From NCBI RefSeq assembly GCF_009914755.1, contig NC_060943.1: 64,000 bases of DNA. One strand, 5' to 3'. Numbering within the stretch: position 1 is the stretch's first letter; every line of letters starts with the position of its first letter. Below are positions 54,001-64,000 of the stretch, in pieces. The notes beneath the pieces were generated by a model. That model was not told where the DNA came from. It worked only from the letters and a program-made list of their open reading frames with translations, and ran no database searches. Source of the stretch: the human T2T-CHM13v2.0 reference genome, Homo sapiens. Both the position numbers and the translations under genes were made by a program.

Positions 54001-54693
54001 ATGAGAGGACATTGTGGCAGCCAAAGCCACAACTTGGAAGATGGGGCTGCACCTGCCAACGAAGACGGGAAATGACCCCCCCCCCCAGCCTAGTGTGAAC
54101 CTGCCCCTCGTCCCACGTATAGAAAAACCTCGAGTCATGGTGAATGAGTGTCTCGGAGTTGCTCGTGTGTGTGTACACCTGCGTGCGTGTGTGTGCGTGT
54201 GTGCGCGTGTGTTCGTGTATGTGCGTGTGTGCGTGCGCGTGTGTGTGCATTTTGCAAAGGGTGGACATTTCAGTGTATCTCCCAGAAAGGTGATGAATGA
54301 ATAGGACTGAGAGTCACAGTGAATGTGGCATGCATGCCTGTGTCATGTGACATATGTGAGTCTCGGCATGTCACGGTGGGTGGCTGTGTCTGAGCACCTC
54401 CAGCAGATGTCACTCTGAGTGTGGGTGTTGGTGACATGCATTGCACGGGCCTGTCTCCCTGTTTGTGTAAACATACTAGAGTATACTGCGGCGTGTTTTC
54501 TGTCTACCCATGTCATGGTGGGGGAGATTTATCTCCGTACATGTGGGTGTCGCCATGTGTGCCCTGTCACTATCTGTGGCTGGGTGAACGGCTGTGTCAT
54601 TATGAGTGTGCCGAGTTATGCCACCCTGTGTGCTCAGGGCACATGCACACAGACATTTATCTCTGCACTCACATTTTGTGACTTATGAAGATA

Positions 54694-54699
54694 AATAAA
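54694..54699 (+). terminator. Distal poly(A) signal of MCEMP1
   Basis: AATAAA at the end of a TG-rich 3' UTR. Confidence 0.7.
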
Positions 54700-55074
54700 G
54701 TCAAGGGAAAACAGCGTCGCTATGGGACCTGTTACTGGGGCAAGGGGAGGGGTTTTGGGACCTGGGGAGAGGGAGAGTCTGCACGTGACAATGACCCCGG
54801 GGCACCAGGGTGGGCGAGACTGAGTGCCCTGCGTGAGTACCTGTGCATCTGTGAATGAGTAACTCATTCCCTGTGTCTTCCCTGTGTCCCAGAGTGGGTG
54901 CCCCTGAGCATACAACATCTCCCTGAGTGTACCTGGGACCACGGATATATACAAGCCCTAAGCGTGTACCCACGTGTGTAATTGTGCCCGTGAGTGTATC
55001 TATGCCATTGAGCATGTATCCATGAGTGTACATGACCCTAAGGTACTATGTCCACCGCTCATGCATGCACTTGA

Positions 55075-55263
<189 letters not shown>

Positions 55264-55519
55264 TAAAGAAGTGGGAGTCTAGCTATGTTGTCCAGGCTGG
55301 TCTCAAACTCCTGGCCTCAAGTGATTCTCCCACCTCCGCCTCCGAAAATGCTGGGGTTACAGGCGGGAGCCACCGCGGGCCACATGGATGCACTTGAGAC
55401 AATTGAACCCATCCCCAAGGACATAGGAGTGCCTGGAAAAGCCAACAGGTGTGTCCATGTGCAAGGGTATACATTGGCCCATTGTCATACGTGCGCCCTG
55501 AGCAGGTGACTAGGCCTGC

Positions 55520-56250
55520 AAGCGTCCCCTCCAGCGTGGGCCACCCAGAGCCAGCGAGACCCTGGCCACGCGCGGAGCAGCCATCACGGCCGTGGGCCAC
55601 GTCCCTGGGTCCGGCTCCGCGGACTCGCGCGCCCCCCTGCGGCCGCTCTCAGGCACCGCTGCGCGCGCCCCGCCCACACGCCTGGCCCGTCGAGCGCCTG
55701 CGCACGCAGCGCCTTTTACGGCGCCGTAAAGCAGCTCGGCCGAGCAGACTGCTGCGGTTCCTGGTGAGACCCTACCCACCCCCCTGCCCGCGCCGGGCCT
55801 CGTCCGCTCCCCGGCCCCTTCCCCGCGGGCGTGTGGGTCCCGGGCTGGGGTCTCGGCGTCCGCGATCCCGAGCCCGCTCGCTTCGGCCCCCCTCAGGAGG
55901 CTGCGAGGAGGGTGGGTTTCTCCCCAGTGTAGAGGTACGGGGCGAGGGTCGCGGGGCCCTGACCCTACGGCAGTTCAGCTCACTTCAGCCCCCATCGCAG
56001 CCCGGTGGTGGGGTCTTAACGATCCCTCTCCCATCTCGCGCGCCCAGGGCCCTCGCCACGGACGGATCTGCATGCTGGGGCGGGGGCGGCCCGGAGCCCC
56101 TGGGACACCCCTCCCCGCTGGTTCTCCCACCTCCCACGCAGACCTCGTTGGGGTCGGCTTAGCATCCACACACCTCCCCATGCATGGTGGGGGCGGGTTC
56201 TCAGCTGCCCCTCCGATCCCGTCTCGGCGCCCGCTCCCCACCCCATTTCT
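55520..56250 (+). promoter_or_regulatory. TRAPPC5: TRAPPC5 CpG-island promoter and non-coding first exon (donor CTG|GTGAGA at 55763)
   Basis: High CpG density, NRF1-type GCGCCTGCGCA at 55694-55704, GC box ~55668. Confidence 0.8.
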
Positions 56251-57138
56251 CTTCAGGAGCCCCCTACCCCATCTCCCTCTCCCCGCACCGACAGCTGATG
56301 GGAGGACCACAGTTGCTCAGCATCCAGCTTCCTTTCTGGAGAGCACGGGGGTGGGAGGCTCCCAACACCTCTGGGCCCCTCCTCCCAGCCTTCAGAACCC
56401 AGGCCCATCCGCGTCTCAAAGGACGAAGGGTTCCTGCGTGACACATCGGAGCTGCCTGCCTGAGGGCTTGGGGTTGGGGGTTACCCGCCCCTCCTGCCTG
56501 GCCCCACGGATCCCCCCTGTTAAAGCCCCCAACCCTCCTGGCTTTTGGTCTTGACACGCTCCTACCCCACTCCCACCCTCCACCCCCTTTACTCTGGCTT
56601 TCCGCAGGGGGCCGGCAGGAAAGTTCCCGAGGGTCGTCTGTGCTGGAGCGCAGGGCGGGGCAGGAGCGACTGCCCATATCCCCTCGTGGTGCCTCATCTT
56701 TGTCACCTCCCTGCCCTAGATCTGACGCCCCTCCCCCCATACACTAGTTTTCTAGTTACTCCTGTAGGTGGCGGAGCGGGCAGGAAGGCGCTTTCGCAAT
56801 TGAACCGTCTGCATGCCCGAGGGTTGGGTGGTTTCGGCCTCCTCTTCTGTTCCCCCTCGTGTCTCTCCTCCCACCTTGTCCCCACTCCCGCTAGCCCGCT
56901 GCCTGCCGAGGGTATAAGACTCCCCCCTCCCTTGATTTATCTGGTTACGTGTAATCGAGGCGTGTTTTACGCGCATCTCTTTGCAAGTGGGAAGTCGGCA
57001 CTGGAGCACACAACAGTGGCATGGGTCGAGGGTGTCCCAGGGCCCCTCGCGGTTCTCCCTCCTTTCCTCCCGGCCTGCTCCCCTTCCCATTGCCCCTGAC
57101 ACCTGCACTTCCTGGTCTCCCCGCAGGGTGGCGGCGGC

Positions 57139-57705
57139 ATGGAGGCGCGCTTCACGCGCGGGAAGTCGGCGCTGCTGGAGCGCGCGCTGGCGCGGCCGCG
57201 CACCGAGGTGAGCCTGAGCGCCTTCGCACTGCTGTTCTCCGAGCTGGTACAGCACTGCCAGAGCCGCGTCTTCTCCGTGGCCGAGCTGCAGTCGCGCCTG
57301 GCCGCGCTGGGCCGCCAGGTGGGCGCGCGCGTGCTGGATGCGCTGGTGGCGCGCGAAAAGGGTGCCCGGCGTGAGACCAAGGTGCTAGGCGCGTTGCTCT
57401 TCGTCAAGGGCGCCGTGTGGAAGGCGCTCTTCGGCAAGGAGGCGGACAAGCTGGAGCAGGCCAACGATGACGCGCGCACCTTCTACATCATCGAGCGCGA
57501 GCCGCTCATCAACACCTACATCTCCGTGCCCAAGGAGAACAGCACGCTCAACTGCGCCAGCTTCACGGCGGGCATCGTGGAGGCGGTGCTCACACACAGC
57601 GGCTTCCCTGCCAAGGTCACGGCGCACTGGCACAAGGGCACCACGCTCATGATCAAGTTCGAGGAGGCAGTCATCGCTCGAGACCGGGCCCTGGAGGGCC
57701 GCTGA
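57139..57705 (+). CDS. TRAPPC5: Trafficking protein particle complex subunit 5 (Trs31), 188 aa, single coding exon
   Basis: ORF MEARFTRGKSALLERALARPRTEVSLSAFALLFSELVQHCQ...TLMIKFEEAVIARDRALEGR*; acceptor CAG| at 57126; AATAAA at 57912-57917. Confidence 0.99.
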   Translation: MEARFTRGKSALLERALARPRTEVSLSAFALLFSELVQHCQSRVFSVAELQSRLAALGRQVGARVLDALVAREKGARRETKVLGALLFVKGAVWKALFGKEADKLEQANDDARTFYIIEREPLINTYISVPKENSTLNCASFTAGIVEAVLTHSGFPAKVTAHWHKGTTLMIKFEEAVIARDRALEGR

Positions 57706-58039
57706 CCCTGCCGGAGATAAAGGATACAGAGAGCCCCTCCCCACGTGTGTCTTGTGTCTTGTGTGGCGGCCTTAGATCCACTCAGTACCTTGAGCCACAG
57801 CCCTGCCCCAGGCTGGGGAGGGAGGCCAGGTCCGAATGTGTTTACAGTAGAGTGGGGGCGGGTCTGGCCATAGGGTTGGGGGGTTGAGTGAGACCAGGAG
57901 TGGTGGGGAGAAATAAACCCGGCAAAAGGAGTTGGTGGGAAATGCTGGCAGGTTCTGGAATCACGGTTGGAGGCTGTCTGCAGGCTGGAGGGGGCATGGG
58001 GTCCTGGGAGACGCATCAGGCTGAGACAGACGCCTTTAG

Positions 58040-60170
<2,131 letters not shown>

Positions 60171-61399
60171 AGTAATGTATTACACCTCAGGCAATTTTCC
60201 TTTCCCTTTTTGTTCACCACACTTGGTTCCTGATAACTCCTCCTCTCCCCCAAGGAAAGTTCTTCCAGATTTTTTGGGGGAACCATGATCCAATCTTCCC
60301 TGCTTCCTTTCCACCGCCCCCCAGAATGTGAACAGACAGGTCTGTTCAGAAAAGGAACTGCAGGGACTGTCAGCTGGGCTCCCCTCACTGGTTATGAGAA
60401 GGGCCAAAGGGGTCGGTGTCACCTCTAGATTTGTTTAGGATGCTCTGTTGGACTGCCTGGTGGACCAGGGCTGAGGGCTTGGTCAGGGCAGTCTCAGCCA
60501 TCCTAGCAAGAGGCATTGAGCAGGGTGGGCTTCAGCACACTGGGGAGAAGGTGGCGTCTCTAGGATGAATGAAACCATTGAGCAACCACCACACATAGCC
60601 CCAGGGCTGATCCTGGAATAGCTGTTGGCTGTTGGAGGTGGAGGGAGGCGCCGGGAGAGGGCTTGGGCAGGATGATAGCCTGAATCTGGAATGAGGGGGA
60701 GGCGTCTAGGGGGCCAGCAGATGCACAGGTCTTGGGGTTTGGGGTCTGGAGTTCTGGAGGGAGGTCTGGGCGTCTGCACAGACACAGAAACCACAGTCCT
60801 GGATGGGGGACGGAGGGAGGGGAACATGGTGTCTGAGAAGCTGGATTTCAGAGCAAAATGCAGGACGCTTTGGGCTAAGCAGCCCCAGGCAGGTCCTCTG
60901 AGACCCTGGCGAGAGGGGCTTCCAGGGCCGGCCAGGGCAGGGGCCATTCTTCTGTCCAGAGGCGGGGCTGTGAGGGATGTCAGAGAAATCGGGAGGGAGG
61001 AAGAGGGGCTGCGGGAATTTGTAAGCTGGGAGTGCAGGGCCCAGGGTCTGTTCCCACGCCCCATCCCCACCGGCCACCGAGGGTGAGTTAGGGGGCTTGA
61101 GGAGAAGGGAAAACGTTTGAACAAGCTGTAGGGTTATGAGGCTGGGCCCGGGGTTGGGGCAAGGGAGGATGAAGAGAAAGAAGAGCCTGTGGTTCGGCAG
61201 CTTCTGATCACAGCAGCTCTAACTTACGGTGCTCTGGGCTGCAAGGAAGGTCTTCCCCTGGACCCTCCAGGTGGGTGGGTGAGAGGAAGAGGAGGAGGAG
61301 GAGCCAGGCACCAGCCCTTGGTGAGCTGGGCAAGCAGCATCAGCTCATTTCACAGGCAGGTTCCAAAAGAAGTCATGTGCCCATGGTCACACAGATTAA

Positions 61400-63542
<2,143 letters not shown>

Positions 63543-63664
63543 AAGATCTGATGTCCCAACTTTCAAAGGTGGTCTCAGGCATCAGACTCTGGAATTCCCA
63601 GCTCCCATGTGCCACACCCAGAGACCAGACCCAGCCAGGCCTCCAAGAAGGGGACAAATGTGGG

Positions 63665-64000
63665 AGGCCATCACTGCCCCATTTTATTGATGCAGGCTGG
63701 ACAGGAGGACTCACCACCTGAGCTGGGGATACTCAGGTCCTGGGGTGCTGAGGAGATGGGGCTGCATCTGGAGAGGGTGCTGTTGGGGTGTACTCTCATC
63801 TGGAGAGGGTGCTGTTGGGGTGTACTCTCATCTGGAGAGGGTGCTGTTGGGGTGTACTCTCATCTGGAGAGGGTGCTGTTGGGGGCACTCCCATCTGGAG
63901 AGGGTGCTGTTGGGGTGTACTCCTGGGAAGGCAGGGGCCATAGAGGAGCGGGAGATGTGTCAGCTGCCTCCGTTTGGGTGGCAGAAAATGTCACAGGGAC
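63665..64000 (-). other. FCER2: 3' UTR of FCER2 (CD23); coding exons lie beyond the right edge
   Basis: Minus-strand AATAAA (TTTATT 63683-63688). The sequence resembles the CD23 mRNA 3' end as I recall it, and the position fits the known gene order TRAPPC5-FCER2. No coding sequence is in the window to confirm. Confidence 0.75.
63765..63923. repeat. 32-bp tandem repeat, 5 copies
   Basis: CATCTGGAGAGGGTGCTGTTGGGGTGTACTCT starting at 63765, 63797, 63829, 63861 and 63892. Confidence 0.97.

Overview
Human (primate) genomic DNA, recognisable from the encoded proteins as the gene-dense, Alu-rich chromosome 19p13.2 cluster. Gene order: XAB2 (minus; first six coding exons, gene runs off the left edge), a bidirectional CpG promoter, PET100 (+), PCP2 (minus, tail-to-tail with PET100), STXBP2/Munc18-2 (+, 19 exons), a ~20 kb Alu/L1/LTR-dominated interval containing an RPS27A processed pseudogene, RETN (+), MCEMP1 (+), TRAPPC5 (+), and probably the 3' UTR of FCER2/CD23 (minus) at the right edge. 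I reconstructed exon boundaries by hand from GT-AG sites, and the six complete CDSs sum to the expected protein lengths. Most entries in the ORF track are Alu or simple-repeat artefacts. I do not see a wholly new biological system. The most interesting under-described structures are: a decayed copy of the TRAPPC5 5' coding sequence in its own intron; an ~800 bp UG/UGCAUG tract upstream of three in-frame STXBP2 exon 5 acceptors; telomeric hexamers fused to a truncated Alu; a nested L1/Alu/pseudogene/Alu insertion stack; interlocked PET100/PCP2 3' ends; and several VNTRs and candidate enhancer/CTCF elements. Repeat family names and known-variant identities come from memory of consensus sequences and need database confirmation.
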